A stretch of DNA of 64,000 nucleotides from an uncultured bacterium (GTDB taxonomy: Bacteria > Babelota > Babeliae > Babelales > Babelaceae): the NCBI GenBank assembly GCA_963713855.1, contig OY970209.1:1120001-1184000 (forward strand). Reading direction: 5' to 3'. The notes beneath the pieces are model-generated. The model was not told the origin of the DNA. It saw nothing but the letters and a program-made list of their open reading frames with translations, and made no database searches. This document shows positions 1-11,900 of this stretch, one piece after another. A program made the translations under genes and the position numbers. Numbering within the stretch: the stretch's first letter is position 1; each line of letters opens with the position of its first letter.

Positions 1-107
1 TGTGAAATAGCAGAACATGGAAAAACTAAAAAGTCAAGCCAATAAAGGCAACATTAAAGCCCCTGTCTGAATTATAACTCGGCGCCGACTAGTTCATACG
101 GCATGTT

Positions 108-275
108 TTACTTTTTGCTGAAATTAACCATTTTAAATCCGCGATGCCTGAAGTTTATAAACAAGAAAAACGCTTATTCCTGCAACCCTTGCTAAAAATA
201 CAAGTGCGGTCGGAACACCTATGGCGACTCCTACGATAGTGCCCAAAGGCAGTTTTGTGTCGTGGTCAGTGGACG
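108..275 (-). pseudogene. Orphan C-terminal anchor remnant of a beta-propeller family gene
   Basis: Encodes LPLGTIVGVAIGVPTALVFLARVAGISVFLVYK. After a frameshift it reads FRHRGFKMVNFSKK*, matching the family tail (YKYWxKHRG..SVNF). No propeller blades upstream. Confidence 0.7.
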
Positions 276-503
276 CACTAACCATCTCGGTCTTCGCACT
301 TTTAAAACATACGGTAAGAAATCGCAAATTGCGGCTTCTTACCGTAATTCCTTCGCTCATTAATGCTTGCTCTATACGATACATTTTTTCGTCTTTACAT
401 TTGTTTATTGGAGATCTAGAATCAATCCGATTTCAAAAAATGTTTGCAAAATGAACCTCCACTTTTTAAGTGAAGATATATTTTACAAGGGAGAGTTACA
501 TTA

Positions 504-2777
504 ATGAATAAAAAGATACTTCTAGGTTTAATCCTGAGTCTGGCGGGAAAAATGCAAGCGAGCATTACGTGTACCGCTCAGACGCACGGGCCCTATACTT
601 TGCCTCTTGGCTCCGTAGATTGCTCATCTGTAGCGTTTTCCCCGTCAGGAAATTACCTAGCAAGCGTCGGCAATCTTGCAAATACTGTCACTATACTAAG
701 CGTGGGAGCAGGGGGAGTTTTGAGCAGTAGCGCTTCATATGCTATACCAAGCACCTCAGAAGGACCTATATCGGTTGCATTCTCTCCATCAGGAAATTAC
801 CTTGCTACTGCTAATTACTACACGAATGATGTCACTGTCTTTGCCGTAGGCGCCGGAGGAGTATTAAGCCCAGGTGTATCCTATACTTTGCCTGTAAATT
901 CACTGTCTCCTTACTCAATAGCATTTTTGCCATCGGGCAATTACCTTGCCATAGCTAATCAACTTTCGAGCAGTGTAACCATATTTACCGTAGGAGCGGG
1001 AGGGGTGCTGAGTGCGGGGAATTCATATGCTTTACCGCCGGGCTCATCTTATCCCACCTCAGTCTCAATCTCACCATCGGGTAATTATCTTGCTACGGCT
1101 AACTCGAACTCAAACAATGTAACCGTATTTACGATAGGCTCGGGCGGCACATTAAGCAATGGCGTGTCTTATGCTTTACCTTCCGGTTCCACCATTCCTG
1201 AGTCAGTAGCATTTTCTCCATCGGGCAATTATCTTGCAACAGCCAATGCAGGCTCAAATGATGCTACCACTTTCGCTGTAGGATCTGGTGGGGCTTTGAC
1301 TAATGCGACATCCTATCCTTTGCCTACTGGGTCTGCAAATCCTGACGGGATAGCATTCTCACCATCTGGTAACTATCTTGCCGTTGCCAACAAAAATTCA
1401 AATGACGTTACCGTATTTGCAGTTGGATCAGGAGGCGCATTAAGTGCAGGCACCTCATATCCTTGCCCAAATGCCTCAGCTCCTTTCTTCGTGACATTCT
1501 CGCCATCGGGTAACTATATCGCTACCGCTAATTTTAATTCTAATAATATTACTACTTTTACTGTCGGATCCACAGGGGTATTAAGCGGTGGTGAATCATA
1601 TCCTTTGCCTGAGGCTGCTATAAATCCCGATGCAGCAGCATTCTCATCATCAGGAACTTATCTTGTTACCGCTAATCGCGCCTCAACTAGCACAACGGTG
1701 TACAATATTGAACCAGGAGGATCCTTGAGCGGTGGTACTTCCTATCGTTGTCCTGGTGGATGCGTTCCTGTAGGGGTAGCATTCTCTCGATCGTGTGCTA
1801 TTCTCGCTCTTGCCAGTAGCTCGGGCATTAATACTTTTACGGTTGGATCGGGGGCCGCTTTGAGCCCTGTCGCGACCTACAGCGGGCCCGCTGTATCTTT
1901 GCCGAATTCAGCGGCATTCTCTTCCTCAGGAAACTATCTTGCTACGGCTAACCCTAGCAATCACTATGACCCAACAAGCGATGTCGTCGTATTTACTGTC
2001 GAAAATAACGGTACATTGAGCAATGGTGCAGCTTATGCTATACCTTCTACCATGTCTGAAACCCTATCAGTAGCGTTTTCTCCCTGCGGCACGCATCTTG
2101 CTGCAGCCAATTACGGCTCAAATGACGTTACCGTATTTGACCTTGGGCCAGGAGGCGTGTTAAGCGGAGGAAAATCCTATCCACTACCTGCTGGTTCTAC
2201 CCAGCCAATCGCCGTAGCTTTCTCGCTTGACGGGAACTATCTTGCTACGGCAAATCAAGGCTCAAATGATATCACGCTCTTTACAGTGGAGTCTGGGGGA
2301 ATTTTATGCAGCAATATGTCCTATCCCTTACCTGCTGGCTCTTCATCGCCGTCATTTTTAATATTCTCGCCCTCAGGCGATTTTCTCGCTAGTATCAACT
2401 CTGCGGATGTCACCATATTTTCCGTTTCATCAGGTGCTTTGTGCTCCGGCACTTCCTTTTCGTGGCCACTAACAGCATTAAGTCCATTATCAGCAGCGTT
2501 TCTTTCTCAAACAGATGACTATCTAGCTATTGCAAGTACGAGTTATAGTTCTATAGGAGTGCTTACTCTTAACTGTTCTACTCCAACCGTGTCTTGCACG
2601 CAAAATTCGTATTGTGTTCCGGTAAATTCCCCTTGCAATACGTCATATGTCCCCTGTAATATATCGAGCTCCTCACAGAATTCAGCAAGTAGCAGTGCTA
2701 GCACGAGGCCCTCCACTTTGTTGCTTATAAGCTCTTACTTGACCCGTTTGAGTAAATTATTTGCTTTAAGCTCATAA
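504..2777 (+). CDS. Secreted beta-propeller repeat protein, 14 blades, Cys/Ser-rich C-terminus with hydrophobic end
   Basis: Signal peptide MNKKILLGLILSLAG; 14 AFSPSGNY-type repeats (lactonase/YVTN/WD40-like); AAGGGAG upstream. Confidence 0.9.
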   Translation: MNKKILLGLILSLAGKMQASITCTAQTHGPYTLPLGSVDCSSVAFSPSGNYLASVGNLANTVTILSVGAGGVLSSSASYAIPSTSEGPISVAFSPSGNYLATANYYTNDVTVFAVGAGGVLSPGVSYTLPVNSLSPYSIAFLPSGNYLAIANQLSSSVTIFTVGAGGVLSAGNSYALPPGSSYPTSVSISPSGNYLATANSNSNNVTVFTIGSGGTLSNGVSYALPSGSTIPESVAFSPSGNYLATANAGSNDATTFAVGSGGALTNATSYPLPTGSANPDGIAFSPSGNYLAVANKNSNDVTVFAVGSGGALSAGTSYPCPNASAPFFVTFSPSGNYIATANFNSNNITTFTVGSTGVLSGGESYPLPEAAINPDAAAFSSSGTYLVTANRASTSTTVYNIEPGGSLSGGTSYRCPGGCVPVGVAFSRSCAILALASSSGINTFTVGSGAALSPVATYSGPAVSLPNSAAFSSSGNYLATANPSNHYDPTSDVVVFTVENNGTLSNGAAYAIPSTMSETLSVAFSPCGTHLAAANYGSNDVTVFDLGPGGVLSGGKSYPLPAGSTQPIAVAFSLDGNYLATANQGSNDITLFTVESGGILCSNMSYPLPAGSSSPSFLIFSPSGDFLASINSADVTIFSVSSGALCSGTSFSWPLTALSPLSAAFLSQTDDYLAIASTSYSSIGVLTLNCSTPTVSCTQNSYCVPVNSPCNTSYVPCNISSSSQNSASSSASTRPSTLLLISSYLTRLSKLFALSS

Positions 2778-2840
2778 ATAGTAAAATGAGGCTAAGATAA
2801 TGCTGTCCCAAAAAAAGGTTATGGAAAAAAGGATCTTAGG

Positions 2841-5800
2841 ATGATGCGTAAAACAATTGTGTATAAGTGTGTGTTTGTAGTAAATGCTGCCCTTATGCTG
2901 CTTACTAGTTTACCAATTCGTGCTTTAACCGAAGTTAGCTATGCTTTGCCGGGAGTTGCTCTCCACCCCCAGGATGGTGTTTTTTCTCCTAACGGTTCTT
3001 ATTTTGCAACCGCTAATGGTAATAGCGTATCGGTTTTTAACGTATCAGCACAAGGCTCATTAGTAAACGGTTTTTCTTATGCGTTACCGCCTAGTCCCAC
3101 CAAGCCGAGTCAAGGTGTGTTTTCAACAGATGGCGCCTATTTCTTTACGGCAAACGGCATCACTAACGATATTACTGTATTTAGTGTGGGCACAGGGACA
3201 TTGACCGAGTTGGCTTCCTATTTATTGCCAGTCACGTCAACAGATCCTGGCGGCATAGCCATTTCCCCCAATGGGTCTTATCTTGCTACCTGTAATGGTA
3301 CCAGCAGCGATGTCACTATCTTTGCTCTAGAAGGTAGTATTCTAGGTGCCGGTATTTCCTACCCTCTGCCTGGCAGCTCTACTCTGCCATATGCAATAGC
3401 ATTTTCGCCGAATGGTAATTATCTTGCCACCGTTAACGGGACGAACGATGTTACCGTATTTAGCGTGCAAACAGGAGGCGTATTGGGGCTTCCCACTTCA
3501 TACAGTTTGCCGGCTGGTTCCGGCTATCCCATAGCGATTGCATTTTCGCCAAATGGTTTATATCTTGCTACGGCTAATCCAAATTCCAATAATATAACGG
3601 TTTTCGACTTTGGGGCTGGAGGAGTTCTAACGGCAGGCACCTCTTATTCGCTGCCTGCAGGTTCCCAATCGCCTAACTCTGTCTCATTTTCACCTAATAA
3701 TGGCTATCTTGTAACTACTAATTTTACTTCAAGCGATGTAACCGTATTCAAGGTGCAAGCTGGTGGCGCTCTTACAGGCGCAACTTCCTATGGATTGCCT
3801 GCAGGTACTACAGTGCCTAACTCCGGAATGTTCTCACCAGACGGCTTATATTTTGCTTCTGCCAATACTAATAGCAGTTCAGGAGGAATTGCCAGCGTAA
3901 CAACATTTAGCTTCGGCTCAGGCGGAGCTTTGAGCGGCGGTATATCGTATACGCTCCCATCGAATTCCACCGACCCTGTTTCTGTTGCTTTTACTCCAAG
4001 CGGCTCATATCTTGCCACGGCTAATTTTAGCTCAAAGGATGTTACTATCTTTAGCGTTGCGTCAGGAGCATTGAGTGGAGGATTGTCCACTCAGGTCTTA
4101 TCCGAAGCCACCGAAAGCGTGGCGGTAGCATTTTCTCCTAACAGTCAGTACATAGCAGTTGCGGCCGATGTCGCAAACGAAATAGTTGTGTTTCAAGTAG
4201 GAGCCGGCGGCATCCTAAGCGGAGCTACCTCATATACGCTTCCTACAGTCTCTTCGGGGCCATCAGGGGTGGCATTTTCACCAAATGGCTTATATCTTGC
4301 TTCTGCTAATCAGTCGCCTCAGGGAGGTGTCACGATCTTTCAAGTGGGTTCAGGAGGTACATTGAGCGGAGCCACTTCATATACGCTTCCGGCAATTCCT
4401 TCAGGTACTGCCGGCGCAACGGCTGTAGCATTTTCGCCTAATGGCTCATATTTAGCAACGGCCGATCCTTTCGGGTACGTGACGATATGTCAAGTTGGAG
4501 CAGGAGGCGTCTTGAGCGGAGCTACATCATATGCGCTGCCAGGTTCAGCCACGCCTTCTTCTGTGGCGTTTTCTCCAAATGGGTCCTACCTTGCCACGGC
4601 CAATTATAATTCAAACAATGTAACGATGTTTACTGTCGGGGCTGGGGGCGCACTGAATAGTGGAACAAATTATCCAATGCCATCCGGTTCTATGGGCCCA
4701 GACTCGGCCGTATTTTCAACGGACAGTGCTTATCTTTTTACCGCTAACTTGTCGTCATTCAATGTGACCGTGTTTAATGTTGGAGCGGGTGGTGTTTTGA
4801 GCAGCGGCACATTATACCCACTACCTTCAAGTTCGGACGGGTCAAGCTCGGTCGCAATTTCCCCGAATGGGTCGTATTGCGCAATAACTAACGCCGGCTC
4901 CTCGGACGTTGACGTGTTTACTCTATCCGGAGGCGTTTTGAGTCAAGCAGCCTCCTATCTTTTACCACCATTACCGGTAAGTTCTCGTCAGCCAGCTGCT
5001 GTTTCTTTTTCGCCAAATATCCTCTACTTAGGAACTGCAAATTTTGCATCAAACGATGTATCGCTTTTTGACGTAAATCTCAACACCAATAACAATACGC
5101 TCACTTTGGGAGCCCGAAGATCGTATCCGCTTCCTTACAGTTCGGGAGCTTTGTCCTATCCAACTTCAATAGCATTTTCCGAAGATAGCTTGTTTGTAGT
5201 GACCTGCAATCAGAATACCAATGACGTTACCGTCTTTCCGCTTGCAGGAGGAATCTTAACAAAGCCAACTGCATATGCTTTGCCTGCAGGATCAGTTCAA
5301 CCTTCATCACTGCGATTTTCCCCAAACGATCTCTATCTTGCAGTTGCCAATCGCGGCTCTAATGACGTAACCATTTTTAGCTTTACTGCCGGAGTCCCAA
5401 GCGGGGCTGTTAATTATCCTTTGCCTGGAGGATCTTCTCTGCCGGCGGCGCTTGCGTTTTCGCCCGACGGCGCATATCTTGCGACTGCTAATTATGGCTC
5501 AAATGACATCACTCTTTTTCAGGTTATGGGAGGCACTCTTAATAGCGGTACTTCACAGCTGCTTCCAGTTGGCTCGACGGGTCCCCAAGCAATTGTGTTT
5601 CTCATCCCGATCGGTAACAACTACGTTATTTTTACAGCCAATGGCAACTCTCATGACGTCACTGCGTTCAAGTTGCAGTCTGGATCGTTGAGTTCCGGAC
5701 TATCCTATCCTTTGCCCGCAGCAGACCTTAATCCCCAATCAATCGATGTTTCGCCAAGCGAAGGATTCTTGGCCACCGCTAACAGTGCTTCAAGCACCTT

Positions 5801-6173
5801 TACTCTCTTTGCGCTCGATCAAGGCGCTCTGTTCAATGGTACATCATTTCACTTGCCCAACAATTCGCTACATTGTGTTTCAGTCAATTTTGCCCCGGTT
5901 GCTAATACGACAAACAATACATACCTAGCGACGGCAAATTTTTATTCGAATGACGTGTCGATTGGCAGCCTGTTTGGAGCAGGCGATGGCTCAAATAGTG
6001 GTGGAACAGGAGACGGAGGTAGTAATCCTCCTTTAGGCGTCATTATAGGTGTATCCGTAGGAGTTCCCGTTGCTCTAGGTGCCCTGGCTATTGCGGGTGC
6101 AGTCACGGCTTTCGTGCTGTATAAATTCTGGCTTTATAAACATCGTACTTCGCTTGACTCTGTTAGCCTTTAG
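2841..6173 (+). CDS. Membrane-anchored beta-propeller repeat protein, 21 blades
   Basis: Signal peptide, 21 blades, Gly/Ser linker, TM PLGVIIGVSVGVPVALG, tail YKFWLYKHRTSLDSVSL; closest paralog is 34461..37772. Confidence 0.9.
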   Translation: MMRKTIVYKCVFVVNAALMLLTSLPIRALTEVSYALPGVALHPQDGVFSPNGSYFATANGNSVSVFNVSAQGSLVNGFSYALPPSPTKPSQGVFSTDGAYFFTANGITNDITVFSVGTGTLTELASYLLPVTSTDPGGIAISPNGSYLATCNGTSSDVTIFALEGSILGAGISYPLPGSSTLPYAIAFSPNGNYLATVNGTNDVTVFSVQTGGVLGLPTSYSLPAGSGYPIAIAFSPNGLYLATANPNSNNITVFDFGAGGVLTAGTSYSLPAGSQSPNSVSFSPNNGYLVTTNFTSSDVTVFKVQAGGALTGATSYGLPAGTTVPNSGMFSPDGLYFASANTNSSSGGIASVTTFSFGSGGALSGGISYTLPSNSTDPVSVAFTPSGSYLATANFSSKDVTIFSVASGALSGGLSTQVLSEATESVAVAFSPNSQYIAVAADVANEIVVFQVGAGGILSGATSYTLPTVSSGPSGVAFSPNGLYLASANQSPQGGVTIFQVGSGGTLSGATSYTLPAIPSGTAGATAVAFSPNGSYLATADPFGYVTICQVGAGGVLSGATSYALPGSATPSSVAFSPNGSYLATANYNSNNVTMFTVGAGGALNSGTNYPMPSGSMGPDSAVFSTDSAYLFTANLSSFNVTVFNVGAGGVLSSGTLYPLPSSSDGSSSVAISPNGSYCAITNAGSSDVDVFTLSGGVLSQAASYLLPPLPVSSRQPAAVSFSPNILYLGTANFASNDVSLFDVNLNTNNNTLTLGARRSYPLPYSSGALSYPTSIAFSEDSLFVVTCNQNTNDVTVFPLAGGILTKPTAYALPAGSVQPSSLRFSPNDLYLAVANRGSNDVTIFSFTAGVPSGAVNYPLPGGSSLPAALAFSPDGAYLATANYGSNDITLFQVMGGTLNSGTSQLLPVGSTGPQAIVFLIPIGNNYVIFTANGNSHDVTAFKLQSGSLSSGLSYPLPAADLNPQSIDVSPSEGFLATANSASSTFTLFALDQGALFNGTSFHLPNNSLHCVSVNFAPVANTTNNTYLATANFYSNDVSIGSLFGAGDGSNSGGTGDGGSNPPLGVIIGVSVGVPVALGALAIAGAVTAFVLYKFWLYKHRTSLDSVSL

Positions 6174-6310
6174 CAATCAAGATCCGATAAATGGGAAGAC
6201 CATTCATCCCTAGGCTTGAAACAGAACAGACGTACATTTTTTACCAACTATCTAGAAAAGTTTACTAGATTATGAGTGATAAAATATTGTTTTGATTTAT
6301 TTTATTTCGC

Positions 6311-6339
6311 TTTACAATTGTTATGACAGAATCTAGAAT
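6311..6339 (+). promoter_or_regulatory. Putative sigma70 promoter
   Basis: TTTACA-17 bp-TAGAAT, about 75 bp upstream of the 6413 gene. Confidence 0.45.
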
Positions 6340-6412
6340 AACATTGGTTTTCAAAAATGCTCGTAAAGCAATATACTTCTTGAACAAAGGAATTTACGCT
6401 TCTCGTTGAAAA

Positions 6413-8698
6413 ATGGTTAGAATGATGGCAGTTATCTCGCGCCTACTCAGTGTTGTGCTTGTTTTCTCTATGAATACAAATCTGGACGCTCTGTGTTCTC
6501 TTGCTGGTACATCTTACGGTTTACCGTCAGGCTCTACAGGACCTTATTCAGTAGCATTTTCCCCCTCAGGAAATTACCTTGCCACTGCTAATCAAAGCAC
6601 AGGTAATGTAACCATATTTACCACAGGCCCGCAAGGGGCGTTAAGCGCAGGCGCTTCCTATGCTCTGCCTTCAGGCTCTACATCGCCCTATGCAGTAGCG
6701 TTCTCTCCTTCCGGAAATTATCTTGCTACGGTTAACTTTGGCTCAAATAATGTAACAATGTTTACTGTAGGGTCAGGAGGGGCGTTAAGCGGAGGAACAA
6801 CCTATGGATTACCATCTGGCTCTAATGCGCCTTATTCAATAGCATTTTCGCCCTCGGGAAATTATCTTGCCATCGCAAATGGAGGATCGAGTGATGTGTC
6901 AGTATTTGCCGTAGGAGCGGGAGGCGCATTAAGCGGAGGAACAAACTATGCATTGCCATCGGGCTCCATAGAGTGCGAATCGGTAGCATTTTCACCATTA
7001 GGCAATTATTTGGCTACCGCTAATCCTGGCTCAAATGATGTGACACTATTTACTGTAGGAGCGGGGGGAGCGTTAAGTAACGCGAAATCTTATCCCTTAC
7101 CTTCGGGGTCTGTAGGACTTTATTCATTAGCATTTTCGCCGAATGGGTCATTTCTGGCCACTGCTAATTACAATTCGAATAATGTAACGATATTTACAGT
7201 AGGAGTAGATGTATTAAGCGGAGGAACGTCTTATGCTTTACCTTCTGGTTCTACACAACCTTATGCAGTGACATTTTCACCATCAGGCAATTATTTAGTT
7301 ACCTCCAGTTCCTCCACAAATACTGTAACCCTATTTACCGTAGGAACTGGGGGAGTATTAAGCGGTGGAACCTCCTCTGGTTTACCTGCTAATTCTTCAC
7401 AACCTTATTCAGTAGCTTTTTCACCGACAGGCAATTATTTTGCTACCTCTAATTATGGCTCAAATAACGTCACGGTATTTACAGTAAGCTGTGCAGGCAC
7501 AACGGGCCCAGGTACTTCTTATCCTCTGCCATCAGGGTCTAAGCAGCCTGACTCTATTGCCCTTTCACCTAACGGGCTCTATCTTGCAACAGCCAACTAC
7601 GGCTCTCACGACGTAACATTATTTAACGTTACTCTTCAGGGTACAGCAACACTTAATGCAGGAATATCCTACGCGTTGCCATCTAACTCGTTTGAGCCGA
7701 CAGACATAGCTTTTTCTTCTCAATCCGCGTATCTTGCAACGGCCAATAGCAATTCGAATGATGTAACACTCTTTACCATTAATGAGGGACAGTTACAGCA
7801 AGGCACATCATATGGTTTACCAGCAGGCTCTTCAAGACCGACTGCACTTGCTTTTTCTCCTAATGACCTTTATTTAGCAGTTGCCAATAGTAATTCGAGT
7901 GACGTGACCATTTTTAGTGTAACAGGTGGAACTTTAACAAACCCTGCTTCTTATCAACTACCAATCGGGTCTTTATATCCTGTTGACATTGCTTTTACAC
8001 CTGATAGTAGTTACCTTACAACAGCAAATGCCCATTCGAATGGAACCACTATTTTCAAGCTGTCATCCGGTTCGCTCGTAAACGGTTTTTCTCAAAAACT
8101 TCCAAGCGGTTCGAGTAAACCTGTCTCGCTCGCTTTCTTACCCGGTTCAGGCGTGCTTCTTCTTGCTACGGCCAATGAGGGCTCAAACGACATAAGTATC
8201 CTAAGCTTGCAAGGCAGCAACTTCAATGCTCTTGAATCATATCCCATCCCTGTTGAGCCCGTTGCCATTGCTGCCTCACCGAACGGAACCTATCTGGCTC
8301 TTGCTCAGAGCATTTTGAATGGCATTACCATTCTTAACGTTAATAACAACACGGTAATTCAAAACGTCTTTTATTATTTGCCCGACAATTCAAGCGATTG
8401 TCAGGCTATCGCGTTTTCTCCAGATGGTGCTTATATTGTAACAGCTAACTTTGCTACAAATGACGTCTCGCTCGTTCCCCTTCTTGGCAGTACTGGGGAC
8501 GGAAGCAGCACATCCGGATCGGGCGGTTCGAGTAACAACCTTGCTATTATTCTCGGAACAACATTAGGAACAGGCGTTGCTTTTGTAAGTGTGGTCGCTG
8601 CTATTGCTGCTTTTTCGGCATTTACTTACTGGCGCCATACGCAAAGGATAAAAAAGTTGTCAAGCCTGACAGGAGCCCTAGCCGTCGACCAAAATTGA
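6413..8698 (+). CDS. Membrane-anchored beta-propeller repeat protein, 14 blades
   Basis: Signal peptide; 7 blades bracketed by Cys (ALCSL...VSC) plus 7 blades; Gly/Ser linker, TM helix, basic tail. Confidence 0.9.
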   Translation: MVRMMAVISRLLSVVLVFSMNTNLDALCSLAGTSYGLPSGSTGPYSVAFSPSGNYLATANQSTGNVTIFTTGPQGALSAGASYALPSGSTSPYAVAFSPSGNYLATVNFGSNNVTMFTVGSGGALSGGTTYGLPSGSNAPYSIAFSPSGNYLAIANGGSSDVSVFAVGAGGALSGGTNYALPSGSIECESVAFSPLGNYLATANPGSNDVTLFTVGAGGALSNAKSYPLPSGSVGLYSLAFSPNGSFLATANYNSNNVTIFTVGVDVLSGGTSYALPSGSTQPYAVTFSPSGNYLVTSSSSTNTVTLFTVGTGGVLSGGTSSGLPANSSQPYSVAFSPTGNYFATSNYGSNNVTVFTVSCAGTTGPGTSYPLPSGSKQPDSIALSPNGLYLATANYGSHDVTLFNVTLQGTATLNAGISYALPSNSFEPTDIAFSSQSAYLATANSNSNDVTLFTINEGQLQQGTSYGLPAGSSRPTALAFSPNDLYLAVANSNSSDVTIFSVTGGTLTNPASYQLPIGSLYPVDIAFTPDSSYLTTANAHSNGTTIFKLSSGSLVNGFSQKLPSGSSKPVSLAFLPGSGVLLLATANEGSNDISILSLQGSNFNALESYPIPVEPVAIAASPNGTYLALAQSILNGITILNVNNNTVIQNVFYYLPDNSSDCQAIAFSPDGAYIVTANFATNDVSLVPLLGSTGDGSSTSGSGGSSNNLAIILGTTLGTGVAFVSVVAAIAAFSAFTYWRHTQRIKKLSSLTGALAVDQN

Positions 8699-8729
8699 AT
8701 CAACATTGAAAACTAAATTTTAGAAATAA

Positions 8730-8790
8730 GCACCGTAATCCTCCCCAATTCATTGGGGAGATATAAGGAGCGGCGCCGAAGGCGAAGTTG
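8730..8790. mobile_element. Probable IS200/IS605-family end or MITE remnant (double hairpin)
   Basis: GC-rich island with hairpins CTCCCCAAT-tc-ATTGGGGAG (8741-8760) and CGCC-gaa-GGCG (8774-8784). The reverse strand reads CTTATATC-hairpin-GATTACGG, a layout I recall from IS200/IS605 subterminal hairpins. No transposase nearby. Confidence 0.45.
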
Positions 8791-8910
8791 TTGAAATTGT
8801 TAACCATATGTAATAGAATAGTTGTCGCGCATCCAAAACGTGCTCCAGCAGACATATGTCCTAATCGATAAGTTAAAATCTAAAAGAGATGTAAAAAAGA
8901 AGAGTGATTT

Positions 8911-11900
8911 ATGGTTATGAAGACTAGCGTAGTACTAAGCATAGTGTTATGTTTGGTTGCAAGAATAGAAGCGAATAATAGTTGTTCATTGGATATCGGC
9001 GTAAATTACGCTTTACCTGCTGGCTCTCTTAATCCTAATGCAATAGCCTTTTCCCCCTCGGGAAATTATGCGGCCATTGCTAATACAAACTCAAATTCTG
9101 TTACTGTGTGTACCGTTGGAGCAGGAGGGGTGTTAAGTGGGCCTGTGTCTTACGCTTTACCTTCAAGTTCTCTATCTCCTTATTCAGTAGCCTTTTCCCC
9201 TTCCGGCAATTATCTTGCTACTGCTAATTTTAATTCCAATGATGTTACAGTATTTACCGTGGGGTCAGGCGGAGTGTTAAGTGGAGCTACATCTTACGCG
9301 TTGCCAACAGGTTCTAGGAACCCTTATTCAATAACGTTCTCGCCTTCGGGCAGTTATCTTGTTACCGCTAACGTCAGTTCAAGCGACGTAACACTATTTT
9401 CCGTAGGAGCGGGCGGAGTTTTAAATGCAGGGGCATCTTATCTTGCAGGTACATCCCCTTATTCAGTAATGTTTTCACCATCAGGTTACCTTGCTTGTGC
9501 TAATTGGGGTTCAAACAATGTAACCATGTTTACCATTGGTACGGGAGGTATGATACTCTTCACGACATCTTATGCGTTACCTGCTGGTGCCACAGAACCT
9601 ACCTCGCTTGCTTTTTCACCGTCAGGTAGCTATTTGGCCACTGCTAATGAAGGCACAAATAATGTAACCGTATTTCAAGTAACAGGCGGCTCATTAAGTG
9701 GAGCAATATCATATGCTTTACCTGGTGGGTCAACGATTCCTTTTTCTGTGGCGTTTTCGCCGTCGGGTAATTATCTTAGTACCGCTAATGCTGTTTCGAA
9801 CGATGTAACGACATTCACAGTAGGATCGGGAGGAGCATTGAGCGGAGCGGCCTCCTTCGCTTTACCTTCAGGTTCTAAAGGACCTCAATCAATAGCATTT
9901 TTACCATCAGGTAATTATCTTAGTACCGCTAATTACACCTCAAATGATATAACTACATTTACGGTGGGCGCAGGAGGAGCATTGAGCGGGGGTAATTCAT
10001 TTACTTTGCCTATAAGTTCAATCAAACCTTATTCGGCGGCTTTCTCGCCGACGGGAAATTATGTCGCCACCGCTAACTTTGGCTCAAATAGTGTAACAAC
10101 GTTTACTGTCAGCGGAGGAGTATTAAGCGGAGCAGCGTCATATGGCTTACCTTCCGGGTCGACGGGGCCTTATGCAGTAGCGTTTTCGCCCTCGGGAAAT
10201 TATCTAGCAACCGCTGATTCATCGTCAAACAGCGTAACAGTATTTACGGTAGGGGCTGGAGGTGCTCTCAGCGCCGGGGCTTCATATACCTTGCCTGCGG
10301 GTTCGACGACTCCTCAAGCAATAACATTTTCAACATCGGGCAATTATCTCGCCACCGGCAACTTTGGTTCGAATGATATAACAATATTCTTGGTAGGTGC
10401 GGGAGGAACGTTGAGCGGTGCTCAATCATATGCTTTGCCTGCAGGTTCTCAACAACCTTATTCTGTAGTATTTTCACCCTCAGACAGCTATTTAGCTACT
10501 GCTAATTTTAATGGTAATGTGACTATGTTCACCGTAGGTGCTGGCGGCACCTTGAACAGTGTAGCATCATATCTCGTACCATCAGCCGCTCGATCAGTGG
10601 CGTTTTCCCCATCGGGCAATTTTCTCGCTTGTGCTAATCAAGGCACGAATAATGTAACCGTATTTACAGTAGGCACCGGTGGAACATTGAGCGGGGCAAC
10701 GACCTATCCCTTACCTTTTGACTCTATAGAGCCTATTTCATTAGCATTTTCCCCATCGGGTACTTATCTTGTTTGCGCTAATGGATTTTCAAACGTAAAT
10801 GGTGTAACAATATTTACAGTAAATGCAGCAGGAACGTTGAGTGAGGCGGTGTCTTATGATTTACCTCCAGGCTCTACAGCGCCTTTGTCGGTGGCATTTT
10901 CACCATCAGGAAATGCTTTAGTTACTGCTAATCCCTCTTCAAACGAAGTAACGCTATTTACTATCAATTGCGCCTCAAATCCGGCATTCCAAGGAACATC
11001 CTATCCCTTACCTATTGGATCTCGTGAGCCTCGCTCGATAGCCATTTCAAAAGAAGGAATGTATTTAGCAACCGGGAATTACAATTCGAGTGACGTAACG
11101 CTCTTTTCAATCGATCCAAATGGCATTCTTAATAACGCAGCTTCATTCTTGTTGCCAGCAGGCTCGTTAGCGCCAGCAGACGTAGCATTCTCATTTAACT
11201 CGTCTTATCTTGCAACCGCAAACAGTAGAACGAATGACGTGACGCTCTTTGAACTAACTGGAGGAAAGCTTATAGGAGCAAGCTCTTACAAGCTACCGAG
11301 CAATTCAACGCAGCCGGTATCGATCCAATTTTCACCCAACGGGTACTTAGCGACTGCCAATAGTAAATCTGGGGACATAACTCTTTTTAAAGTAGGCGCG
11401 GGAACCCTGAGCAATGCTCTTTCTTACGTATTGCCTTCTAACTCATCTAATCCAGTAGCGGTAGCGTTTTCATCCGATGGCTCCTATCTAGCGACGGCAA
11501 ATCTATTGTCAAATGACATAACACTCTTTAATGCTACCAATGGCGCATTAAAGAGCATTTCATCTCAAAAGTTGCCGGCAGATTCAAGCATGCCGCAATC
11601 AGTAATATTTTTACCGGGCTCTAATGGGAATATTTTCGTGGCAACTGCAAACAGCAATTCCAGTGATGTAACGATATTTCCGGTAAATGGAGGCGTATTA
11701 GAACCTGGCACATCATATAAACTTCCGTTAGGCTCAACAGATCCGCTTTTTATCGCAGTTGCCCCTCAAGGAGTATATCTAGGAACGGCAAATGGCTTAT
11801 CTAATACTTTTACCTTGTTTGCCATAACTAATGGGGTACTTGACGAAGGCTTTTCATACAATCTACCCGGAAATTCGAGCAATGATGTAGCTATCACATT

